NCBI GenBank assembly: GCA_944350015.1
Contig: CALVNW010000005.1
Location: 12,296-76,295 of the forward strand
Source: an uncultured Clostridia bacterium
Lineage (GTDB): Bacteria > Bacillota > Clostridia > Christensenellales > UBA1242
Direction of reading: 5' to 3'
DNA length: 64,000 nucleotides
The translations under genes and the position numbers were made by a program. A model generated the notes under the pieces. That model had not been told where the DNA came from. It was given only the letters and a program-made list of their open reading frames with translations, and made no database searches. Every line of letters starts with the position of its first letter. Within the stretch, counting starts at the first letter, position 1. This document shows, one piece after another, positions 56,190-64,000 of the stretch.

Positions 56190-58046
56190 ATGGTAAAAAA
56201 AGATATAGAAAATATTGAAAATAAAAAGAAAAAGCCCACTCGTGAAGAGAAAAAACAGTTAAAACAATACAAAAAAGAAAATAATATACCATCTATTTGG
56301 GATTATTTTAAAGATTATAAAGCATATATCTTTTGGTACATATTTTTTACTATTGTAGTTATGCTGATAGGCGTGGCTGTAACACTTTTGTTTGCCGAGG
56401 TCATATCGCTTATTATAGATGGCTTTTATACCAAGGCGGTAATTTTGTCGGCAATCATCTTAGGGCTATATATCATAGAGAGGTTGTCATATATTCTTCT
56501 CAATGTCATCTATATGAAATTCTCTACAAAAGTGGTTGCAAGGCTCAATAATGACCTATCTTATCAAGCCTTCAAGTTTAGCGCAAGCACATATGCCAAT
56601 AACTCGACAGGCACCTTTGTTCAAAGGATAGTGACCGACCCTAACAGACTTGTCGGACAACTTGCCTCATTTGTCGATATGGTTGGGAACCTTTTATATC
56701 AACTGATTATTTGCATCTATATTTTTGTAATCAACTACATTGTTGGGCTTATACTTCTCGGTGGCGTCGTTGTATGTTTTGTGTTTGACAGATTTAGGCT
56801 TAAATTAAGGCGAAAAAATATTAAGATTGCAAACAAAAAATATGATAAAGTCAATTCTCTTACAACAGAAATTATCAAGAGCGAAAGGGATATAAAATCA
56901 CTTGGGCTTGAAGATAAACTGCGCTATACCACAGAGAACTATTATAATGAATATAACAAATTCCAATATAAAAGCTCAATTCAACAAACCTCAATCACGC
57001 AGTTTAGAAATATTGCAAACAGAGTTTTTGGTATGGCAATGCTGATTGTTGCGATAATTATGCTTGAAAAGGGTTTGCTTGTATATGCATCATTTATGAT
57101 AATTTACTCAAATAGAGGTAGTTTTGGCAGTCTTTCGATGTTAACTGGTATGCTTGGCGACATAGTCAGCGATGTCAAGGTGTACTCTGACCGCATATTC
57201 GAGATGTTTGACCCTAAGAAATTCCCTGTTGAGAAGTTCGGTAGCTTTGCCCTTGAAAATGTTAAAGGCAAAATAGAGTTTAAGAATGTAAGTTATGCCT
57301 ATATTGATAAACTCCTTGCAAAAGATGAACTTGACAGTGCCGAAGAAAATAGCGAGATTGTCAAACGCGACAAAGTGCTTGAAAACCTGTCCTTTGTGAT
57401 AGAGCCAAACACCACAGTTGCTTTTGTTGGAAAGTCTGGTAGTGGCAAGTCAACGATACTTTCGCTTATGTCAAAGATGTATGAAGTTGACGAGGGTGAA
57501 GTTTTAATAGATGATGTAAATATAAACGATTTAAACAAAGAAAGTTTAAGAAAAAACATATCGCTTGTAAATCAATTTCCTTACATATTTGATATGTCGA
57601 TACTTGACAATCTTTTGATGGCAAAGAAGGATGCAACAGAAGAGGAGATAAATGACGCCATAGAAAAAGCCGATTTGAAGGGGTTTATAGACGGGCTAAA
57701 AGAGGGCATCAATACAGTTGTTGGTGAAAGTGGAATAAAACTTTCAGGCGGACAAAGACAACGCCTTGCGATTGCGAGGGCGCTTTTAAGAAAGTCAAGC
57801 ATAATTATATTTGACGAAAGCACAAGCTCTCTTGACAACATCGCGCAAGAACATATAAAAAATAGCATCGACAACTTAAAGGGTAGCAGCACTATTGTCA
57901 TCGTTGCACACAGATTATCAACTATAAAGAATGTTGATAAGATATTCTTCTTGGATGAAGGCAAAATTATAGATAGTGGCACATTTGATGAGCTATTTGA
58001 AAATAACGAGCGTTTTAATCATATGTTCCTTGCAGAAAATATTTAA
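56190..58046 (+). CDS. ABC exporter, fused permease/ATPase (MsbA/type I exporter-like)
   Basis: 618 aa. Six-TM N-terminal half. Walker A GKSGSGKST, LSGGQRQR, Walker B IIIFDE. Confidence 0.9.
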   Translation: MVKKDIENIENKKKKPTREEKKQLKQYKKENNIPSIWDYFKDYKAYIFWYIFFTIVVMLIGVAVTLLFAEVISLIIDGFYTKAVILSAIILGLYIIERLSYILLNVIYMKFSTKVVARLNNDLSYQAFKFSASTYANNSTGTFVQRIVTDPNRLVGQLASFVDMVGNLLYQLIICIYIFVINYIVGLILLGGVVVCFVFDRFRLKLRRKNIKIANKKYDKVNSLTTEIIKSERDIKSLGLEDKLRYTTENYYNEYNKFQYKSSIQQTSITQFRNIANRVFGMAMLIVAIIMLEKGLLVYASFMIIYSNRGSFGSLSMLTGMLGDIVSDVKVYSDRIFEMFDPKKFPVEKFGSFALENVKGKIEFKNVSYAYIDKLLAKDELDSAEENSEIVKRDKVLENLSFVIEPNTTVAFVGKSGSGKSTILSLMSKMYEVDEGEVLIDDVNINDLNKESLRKNISLVNQFPYIFDMSILDNLLMAKKDATEEEINDAIEKADLKGFIDGLKEGINTVVGESGIKLSGGQRQRLAIARALLRKSSIIIFDESTSSLDNIAQEHIKNSIDNLKGSSTIVIVAHRLSTIKNVDKIFFLDEGKIIDSGTFDELFENNERFNHMFLAENI

Positions 58047-58200
58047 TAATTTAATAATAATCGCAAAAAAATCGTTTTATTAAAGATATTTTGATATATT
58101 TTTAATAAAACTTTTTTTATTTTTGCATTATTTTAAAATATATCACAAATTATCTTTTAATGTTGATTTTTTGAGATATTTTTGTTAAAATGAAAGAAGT

Positions 58201-59472
58201 ATGAAAATTTGCGTAATGACACTTGGGTGCAAAGTCAATAAATATGAAAGTGATGCACTAATATATAACCTATCACTAAAAGGGTATGATGCGACAGACA
58301 AACTTGAGCTTGCCGATGTTTATGTTATTAATACTTGCGCGGTAACTCAAGAGGCTGAAAAGAAGTCAAGGCAGATGATAGCGCGTTGCAGAAAATTTAA
58401 TAAGGATGCTAAATTTTTTGTTTGTGGTTGCGCAAGTCAGAAAAATAGTGAGCAGTTTTTTGAAAAAGGGGTCGACTATGTTAGTGGAGTTGCTGGCAAG
58501 ATAAAAATTTCAGAGTATATCGACAAACTTGCAAAGCACGATAAGAGGTATTTAAGAAAACACGATAGAACGCAAAAACTTCCAAAGGCATATGAAGATG
58601 ACCTGTTTGCCAAGCAGTCAAGAACGAGGGCGTATATTAAAATTCAAGATGGTTGCAACAACTTTTGCTCATATTGCATAATTCCCTACCTACGAGGGCG
58701 TAGTCGCTCAAGAGGGATATTTTCAATCATCAATGAGGTGTCAAAACTTGACGTAGGCGTCAGAGAGATTGTCTTGACGGGTATAAATGTCACAGATTAT
58801 AAAATTGACGGCAAGCCATCACTTCTCACACTTTTAGAGGAACTTGACACCTTTGGTAAAAGATTAAGGCTCTCTTCAATGGAAGAGACACTTATAACCG
58901 AGCAGTTTGCAGAAGGTCTAACAAAACTCAATAATTTTTGTCCGCATTTTCATCTTTCATTGCAAAGTGGGTCAAATTCCGTTTTAAAGAGGATGAATAG
59001 GCATTACAGCGCCGAAGAATTTAAAAAGTCGGTAGAAACTATAAGAAAATACTTTCCGCTTGCCGGCATTACCACCGATGTGATAGTGGGCTTTCCAGGC
59101 GAGAGCGAAGAAGAATTTAACGAAACGCTTAACTTTATCAAAGATATAGGTTTTTCTCAACTTCATATTTTCCAGTATTCAAATAGGGAAGGCACTGTCG
59201 CCTCAAAACTATATAAAGATTTGCCTCACAATATAAAACAACAGCGATTTGAGGCATTAAATGAGCTAAATCAATCCTTAAAGCAAGCTTTTATCAAAAA
59301 GAATAAAAAGGGTAAAGTTTTGGTAGAAGAAAAGGTGGATGACTTCTATGTTGGCTATAGCGAAAACTATATAAGGTGCTATATTAAGAGTGATAGGGAC
59401 TTGATAGATAGCATCGTCGAGGTAAAAATAGATAAACCTTTTGAGGACGGGGCGCTTGCAAAGCTTATTTAA
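58201..59472 (+). CDS. mtaB: tRNA methylthiotransferase MtaB (MiaB-like radical SAM)
   Basis: 423 aa. MKICVMTLGCKVNKYES N-terminal domain. Radical SAM CNNFCSYC. Confidence 0.85.
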   Translation: MKICVMTLGCKVNKYESDALIYNLSLKGYDATDKLELADVYVINTCAVTQEAEKKSRQMIARCRKFNKDAKFFVCGCASQKNSEQFFEKGVDYVSGVAGKIKISEYIDKLAKHDKRYLRKHDRTQKLPKAYEDDLFAKQSRTRAYIKIQDGCNNFCSYCIIPYLRGRSRSRGIFSIINEVSKLDVGVREIVLTGINVTDYKIDGKPSLLTLLEELDTFGKRLRLSSMEETLITEQFAEGLTKLNNFCPHFHLSLQSGSNSVLKRMNRHYSAEEFKKSVETIRKYFPLAGITTDVIVGFPGESEEEFNETLNFIKDIGFSQLHIFQYSNREGTVASKLYKDLPHNIKQQRFEALNELNQSLKQAFIKKNKKGKVLVEEKVDDFYVGYSENYIRCYIKSDRDLIDSIVEVKIDKPFEDGALAKLI

Positions 59473-59561
59473 TTTGAAAAAATAGGCAAAAATCATTGAC
59501 AAATGGCAGTAAAATCAATATAATAGTAAGGAACTTTAGAAATTAGAAGGTGGTGAGAAAA

Positions 59562-59744
59562 TTGACAACTGTTAAAGTAGGCGAAAACGAAAGTCTTGAA
59601 AGCGCTTTAAAAAGATTTAAAAGAAAATGCCAAAGAGACGGAATAATCGGCGATATCAGAAGAAAAGAAGCCTATGATAAACCTAGCGTTGCTAAGAAGA
59701 AAAAGAGAGAAGCAGCTAGAAAAAGAGCTAGAAAGAGAGGATAA
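59562..59744 (+). CDS. rpsU: 30S ribosomal protein S21
   Basis: [29 protein letters not shown] start at 59562 behind gaaggtggtga; the upstream GTG at 59550 is the alternative given in the ORF track. Confidence 0.9.
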   Translation: MTTVKVGENESLESALKRFKRKCQRDGIIGDIRRKEAYDKPSVAKKKKREAARKRARKRG

Positions 59745-59787
59745 CTCGCCATAAGCAATAAAAAATTTATTAAAAGGAGATAGAAAA

Positions 59788-60138
59788 GTGGCTAACATAA
59801 TTGACCAAGTAGAAAAAGAATATATGAAAGACGCTTTACCTGCATTCAATGTCGGCGACACTGTCAAAGTTGGTGTTAAGATTAAAGAAGGCGACAAAGA
59901 AAGAGTGCAAAACTATGAAGGCGTTGTAATAGCTCGTAAAAATGGTGGCGCTAGAGAAAGCTTTACAGTAAGAAAGATATCTAACGGCGTTGGCGTTGAA
60001 AGAACATTTCCTCTTCATTCACCACTTATTGCAAGTATAGAAGTGGTAAGAAAGGGTAAGCCAAGAAGAGCTAAATTATATTATGTAAGAGAGCTTACAG
60101 GCAAAGCTGCTAAGATTAAATCAGCAGACAACCAATAA
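59788..60138 (+). CDS. rplS: 50S ribosomal protein L19
   Basis: 116 aa with a GTG start behind aaaggaga. [35 protein letters not shown]. Confidence 0.96.
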   Translation: MANIIDQVEKEYMKDALPAFNVGDTVKVGVKIKEGDKERVQNYEGVVIARKNGGARESFTVRKISNGVGVERTFPLHSPLIASIEVVRKGKPRRAKLYYVRELTGKAAKIKSADNQ

Positions 60139-60151
60139 TAATTCACAAAAA

Positions 60152-60178
60152 CCTTATGCTTTGTACATAAGGCTTTTT
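60152..60178 (+). terminator. rplS terminator
   Basis: ccttatg-ctttgta-cataagg followed by T5. Confidence 0.7.
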
Positions 60179-60247
60179 GTTAATTAGGTCTTTTATATGA
60201 TTTCTAATCAATAAAATATCATTTCAGCTCAATAAAATATTGTTTCC

Positions 60248-60367
60248 GCGAGACTTGCAAAAAAGCCAAGCATATTTATGCTTGACTTTTTAGGTTTATT
60301 AAATCTAAATTTAATAAACCATTATACCCACCTGTAAACAATAGGTGGGTATAATTGCAAGTCTCGC
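60248..60367. repeat. cloverleaf-like nested palindrome cluster (13-bp closing stem plus three hairpins)
   Basis: gcgagacttgcaa (60248-60260) pairs with ttgcaagtctcgc (60355-60367). Inside: caagcat-attt-atgcttg extended by aaaag/ctttt, a 12-bp ggtttattaaat/atttaataaacc stem, and an 11-bp tatacccacct/aggtgggtata stem. Confidence 0.85.
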
Positions 60368-60524
60368 CTATTTTATTTTCAAGATATCATTGGCAAGCAA
60401 ACGATAATTTCACAAGGTTTAGAGGAAGTAGGGAAGAAGCTGTAAATTCAACCACTATACACTTTAGCATAGATGAAACGGGATATTTTTACAACTATTT
60501 TGATATAAATTTTATAAAAACTAT

Positions 60525-60552
60525 TTGAAAAAAAATTCTGATATGATATAAT
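60525..60552 (+). promoter_or_regulatory. extended -10 promoter upstream of the tRNA-Arg region
   Basis: TTGAAA (60525-60530), 16-nt spacer, TGaTATAAT (60544-60552). Confidence 0.5.
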
Positions 60553-60588
60553 GTTGACTGAGAAGCAAAAATACGCCCAAAAAATTAC

Positions 60589-60632
60589 GTTCCCATAGTA
60601 AAGTGGATATTACAAGCCCCTCCTAAGGGATT
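60589..60632 (+). pseudogene. tRNA 5'-half-like fragment 1 (acceptor strand, D-arm, anticodon loop CTCCTAA)
   Basis: GTTCCCA-TA-GTAA-AGTGGATA-TTAC-A-AGCCC-CTCCTAA-GGGAT. No matching T-arm or acceptor 3' strand follows. Confidence 0.55.
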
Positions 60633-60761
60633 GTCTTACCCGAAACACGAGAGCCCTGAAACCCTTTGAAATAGGGCGGTCAAGAAAATCTCAAAATCGT
60701 GCAACTTTCAAAAAACCATACTTTCGCCATTTTTACCCCTAAAATTTAATAATTTTTATAT

Positions 60762-60805
60762 GTTCCCGTGGCGTAACTGTATAACGCAGCGCCCTCCTAA
60801 GTACC
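60762..60805 (+). pseudogene. tRNA 5'-half-like fragment 2 (acceptor strand, D-arm, anticodon loop CTCCTAA)
   Basis: GTTCCCG-TG-GCGT-AACTGTATA-ACGC-A-GCGCC-CTCCTAA-G... Similarity stops right after the anticodon loop. Confidence 0.55.
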
Positions 60806-60926
60806 GACTTGTACTAAAATAAAACTGCTACATATCCTTAAAATACGGACATTTCACAATCACACAAAACTCACAAAACTACAAATTGCACCCAAAGTGC
60901 ACCAAAACCAATAAAGAACTAAATAT

Positions 60927-61003
<77 letters not shown>

Positions 61004-61039
61004 ATTTTAAATGAAAAAAGGCATCTCTTACGAGATGTC

Positions 61040-61825
61040 TTATTTCTTTAATATGCCATTTCTAAGTATTGTATAATTAGAAGAATTATACACAATATCA
61101 ATAAATTTTCTTAAGTCTACACCTTTTGGAGATTTTTCTTCAATAATTTTTACAATATTGTTTCTTGGAAATTCTCTTAACCAACTAGATACATATTTTT
61201 TAGCTTCGTCAAATGATAATATGTTATTGCTTTTTAATAAATAATAGCAGGAATAACAATCAAATGAATTTATGTTTTCATGCAAAGATAAAACGCATCT
61301 TCGTGCTGATGAGTCGTGAGAAAGCAAGGAAATAACCTTAACATTTTCCAATCTGTTACATAGCGAAATATTTAGCAACGTAACAATCTCTCCAATATTA
61401 TTATCCTTTGAAATATTTGTCACAATTAACTCGAACTCATTAATAAAGTGATCTATATCATATTGCATTATACTTAAAGCTTCTAACTTATAAAAGTTAG
61501 ATTGATAAAACGATTGATCTTCTTGTATGTTCTCACAAATGTCTTTCAAAGTTGATAATAATAAAGATTGTATGGCACTATCTGATAAAAAATCTTTTAA
61601 TGCACTTATACATTCTGAACTTTTAATAAGTTTGATTTTACCTTTAATTATTAGATCAACCAATTGCTTTTTTAATGAACTATTTTTAATTTCATTAAAT
61701 ACTATATTAGTTATTCTAAACGAATATGGCAGCTCCATAATTTTATCAAATAACGTGGAAGAGTTGTTTTTTATTTTAGAAGTTTTGATTATGAAATCTG
61801 CATCAAGATAAACAATATTAATCAT
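61040..61825 (-). CDS. hypothetical protein, possible PIN-like N-terminus; third gene of the XRE-ImmA module
   Basis: 261 aa. Overlaps the ImmA-like gene by 8 nt. The N-terminus MINIVYLDADFII resembles the first acidic motif of PIN/DUF4411-type domains (weak evidence). Confidence 0.6.
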   Translation of the reverse strand: MINIVYLDADFIIKTSKIKNNSSTLFDKIMELPYSFRITNIVFNEIKNSSLKKQLVDLIIKGKIKLIKSSECISALKDFLSDSAIQSLLLSTLKDICENIQEDQSFYQSNFYKLEALSIMQYDIDHFINEFELIVTNISKDNNIGEIVTLLNISLCNRLENVKVISLLSHDSSARRCVLSLHENINSFDCYSCYYLLKSNNILSFDEAKKYVSSWLREFPRNNIVKIIEEKSPKGVDLRKFIDIVYNSSNYTILRNGILKK

Positions 61826-62639
61826 TTTCTTTCTTTAATAATTTTTGTATAATTTCTTCCACTTTATTTTTACATCTAGACGCCTTATTCGACGAAATAA
61901 ATTCATAATTTTCATTTTCATTAATTAATTCACTTAAATCATCTAAATCCACATAATTTTTAATAGGATGTTCCCATCTAGATCTATGATGAGCAAAATT
62001 TAATTTTTCTAAGTCGTTTCGAGTTTTTGAGTTTATAGATTTAATAAATTCTTGTGCATCTTCAAAAGTTAATTTTCCTAGCTCGTATAATCTTATAACA
62101 GCCGTCTTATATGGTACAACAAAGATATCCATTAGTGCTTTTATAGAAACTATTTTTTCTTCTAGTGTTGAAATCTCTTTTGTAAAAACTAAATTTATTA
62201 AATCTGCTGGCATTAATAAGCAAGAACTAAATGCGTTTGCTTTCTGGTCTTCTAATGACAACTGTACTTTTCCACCAATATCCTTTAATATGTCCATAGC
62301 ATACACAAAATCTTCTTCTAAAGCTACAATAAAATGATAAAATTCATGCGCCAATGCAACATTTTGTTTATTTATTGAAATTTCACTATTTATTACTATA
62401 AAATAAATTCCGTTTCTTTGATAAAACAAACCCCATACTTGCTCATCATTAAAAGGTAAGTACAAGATTTTTAAATGCACGCCATGTTGAGTTGCGTAAT
62501 TTTTAATAAAAGCTTTTAAATTTGAACCTATCAATCTAAACATGGGTGCTGTTAGTAAAACATTATTTGCCTTATTTTCAATTTCCTTAAAAGATTTATA
62601 GTCTTTACTAAATAAACATTCTGATAATTGAATAGCCAT
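61818..62639 (-). CDS. ImmA/IrrE family metallo-endopeptidase (COG2856-like)
   Basis: 273 aa. HExxH motif ALAHEFYHF. Lies immediately downstream of an XRE HTH gene, which is the typical pairing. Confidence 0.8.
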   Translation of the reverse strand: MAIQLSECLFSKDYKSFKEIENKANNVLLTAPMFRLIGSNLKAFIKNYATQHGVHLKILYLPFNDEQVWGLFYQRNGIYFIVINSEISINKQNVALAHEFYHFIVALEEDFVYAMDILKDIGGKVQLSLEDQKANAFSSCLLMPADLINLVFTKEISTLEEKIVSIKALMDIFVVPYKTAVIRLYELGKLTFEDAQEFIKSINSKTRNDLEKLNFAHHRSRWEHPIKNYVDLDDLSELINENENYEFISSNKASRCKNKVEEIIQKLLKKEND

Positions 62640-62641
62640 AT

Positions 62642-62989
62642 CTACTCCTTATTGTCATTTAAGTATTGTTGTTCTACATACAAATCTGATAATTCAAAAA
62701 TGTTATTTAAAACATTCTCTGTTTCCGGCTTTGAAATTTCTCCCATGAAAAAAGCAACCATATTTTCATTTGATATTGGTGTTTTCTTAGTTAAATCTTC
62801 AATTTTACAATTAAAAAATTCAGCAATGCTTGCGAATTCATTTGCCAACAAGTTTCTTTTGCCTGCAAGAATTTTATTAACTGTTTGTCTAGGTAATTTT
62901 AAAAATTTTGCCAAATCTGACTGCTTTTTTTCTTGAATATTTAACATTTCTGATATATTCTGTGCAACCATTAAATCAAAATTTTCCAT
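62642..62989 (-). CDS. XRE-family HTH transcriptional regulator
   Basis: 115 aa. QSDLAKFLKLPRQTVNKILAGKR helix-turn-helix. Confidence 0.85.
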   Translation of the reverse strand: MENFDLMVAQNISEMLNIQEKKQSDLAKFLKLPRQTVNKILAGKRNLLANEFASIAEFFNCKIEDLTKKTPISNENMVAFFMGEISKPETENVLNNIFELSDLYVEQQYLNDNKE

Positions 62990-63077
62990 ATTACATACTC
63001 CTTTGCGTATATATTTTACATATTATTTTAGTCATTGTCAATATATTTTATTCAAATTGTCAACAAATTGGTGACAA

Positions 63078-64000
63078 TTATTCAAATATTTTATTTAATA
63101 TCTCACTTGCATGGATATCTGAGTTCTTTATAAAGTGGCTGTAGAAGTCGCTTGTGGTTGATGCTTTTGAGTGTCCTGCACGAGCAGATACTGTTTTCAT
63201 ATCTACACCTGCTACTAGTTGTAGTGTTATGTTTGTGTGTCTTAATGAGTGTAATGTTACCTTTGGCAAGTCAACTTTTGCCAGTGTCTTTTGTAGCCAT
63301 ACTCTAAATAATCCAGGTGAAATATCTGTGCCATCTTCTGTGCAGAATAATCTATCTGTATCTCCGAGCCTATCTCCAAGATATTTCTTTTGATTTAGCC
63401 ACCATACTTCATATTCTTTTAAGTAGTCAATTAGTTTATCTGGCATAGATATTGTTCTTTTTGAGTTTTCTGTTTTAGGTTCTTTGGTTATTAGCCCGAA
63501 TCCTATAATATCTTGAACAGATCTCGCTATTGTCATTGTCTTGTTTTCGTAGTCTATATCTTTCCATTCTAACCCTGCGAGTTCGCCACGCCTTAACCCC
63601 ATAAATAGCACTGTAAGTAGTGCTATCTTCCATCTTGGATTTGGTTCTGTGTGTAAGTAGTTGGCAAGTATCTTAGCTTCTTTATCATTTAGTATTTTGA
63701 CTTCTTTTTTATAGCCTTGTATTGGTGCTATATAGTCACGGGATGCGAAGTTGTGTTCAACCAGTCGTTGTCGCTTTGCATCTGCCAGTATTGTTGCAAG
63801 TGTTCGTTTTAGTTTCATTATGGTTTCTTTTGCATAAGCATGGCTTTGTACCTCTGTTGTAAAGTAATCTTCATACTTTAAACCTAATGCATTACATATC
63901 TTTTCTGCATTTTCTGTTCGTATGCAATAACCAGCATTTGCTGATGCTAGTATTGATTTAGATATTCCAATCTTTTTTAGAGCATCTACTTGTTTGATGC
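63078..64000 (-). CDS. tyrosine site-specific integrase (5' end runs off the window)
   Basis: The frame stays open upstream of the listed ATG to position 64000. Catalytic motifs LRRGELAGL, HSLRHT and GHSKASTTSDFYSH. Confidence 0.88.
   Translation of the reverse strand, partial: IKQVDALKKIGISKSILASANAGYCIRTENAEKICNALGLKYEDYFTTEVQSHAYAKETIMKLKRTLATILADAKRQRLVEHNFASRDYIAPIQGYKKEVKILNDKEAKILANYLHTEPNPRWKIALLTVLFMGLRRGELAGLEWKDIDYENKTMTIARSVQDIIGFGLITKEPKTENSKRTISMPDKLIDYLKEYEVWWLNQKKYLGDRLGDTDRLFCTEDGTDISPGLFRVWLQKTLAKVDLPKVTLHSLRHTNITLQLVAGVDMKTVSARAGHSKASTTSDFYSHFIKNSDIHASEILNKIFE

Overview
This window is a chromosomal segment from a low-G+C, Firmicutes-like bacterium. It uses the standard bacterial code: TAA, TAG and TGA all terminate well-supported genes, and GGAGG-type RBSs are common.

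Housekeeping backbone: valS, degV, lexA, rsmD, lepA, hemW, ylxM-ffh-rpsP-KH-rimM-trmD, rbgA, yraN, murG, a type IIA topoisomerase pair that looks like ParE/ParC, mtaB, rpsU, rplS, tRNA-Leu(CAA) and tRNA-Arg(CCT).

Accessory content:
- A partial IS3-family element at the left edge.
- A frameshifted pseudogene.
- An ArpU/sigma-like regulator plus an orphan large terminase (prophage remnant).
- Four BspA-type leucine-rich-repeat surface proteins. Three of them share a conserved upstream expression cassette.
- A GLUG-motif surface protein.
- An NrtR regulator next to a P-loop kinase-CYTH fusion.
- At the right edge, an XRE / ImmA-IrrE / PIN-like module beside a tyrosine integrase and tRNA-Arg.

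The most unusual signal is non-coding. The intergenic DNA is full of modular hairpin repeats whose stems covary:
- 26-nt CCCC...GGGG hairpins.
- A module with conserved flanks around a variable hairpin.
- Hairpins with CTTAG-type loops.
- Three cloverleaf-like nested palindrome clusters.
- A perfect 334-bp tandem duplication.
- Partial copies of tRNA genes next to both tRNAs.
- A G8 tract inside the promoter spacer of each of the three paralogous surface-protein genes.

All functional calls rest on motif recognition by eye. No database search or folding calculation was possible.
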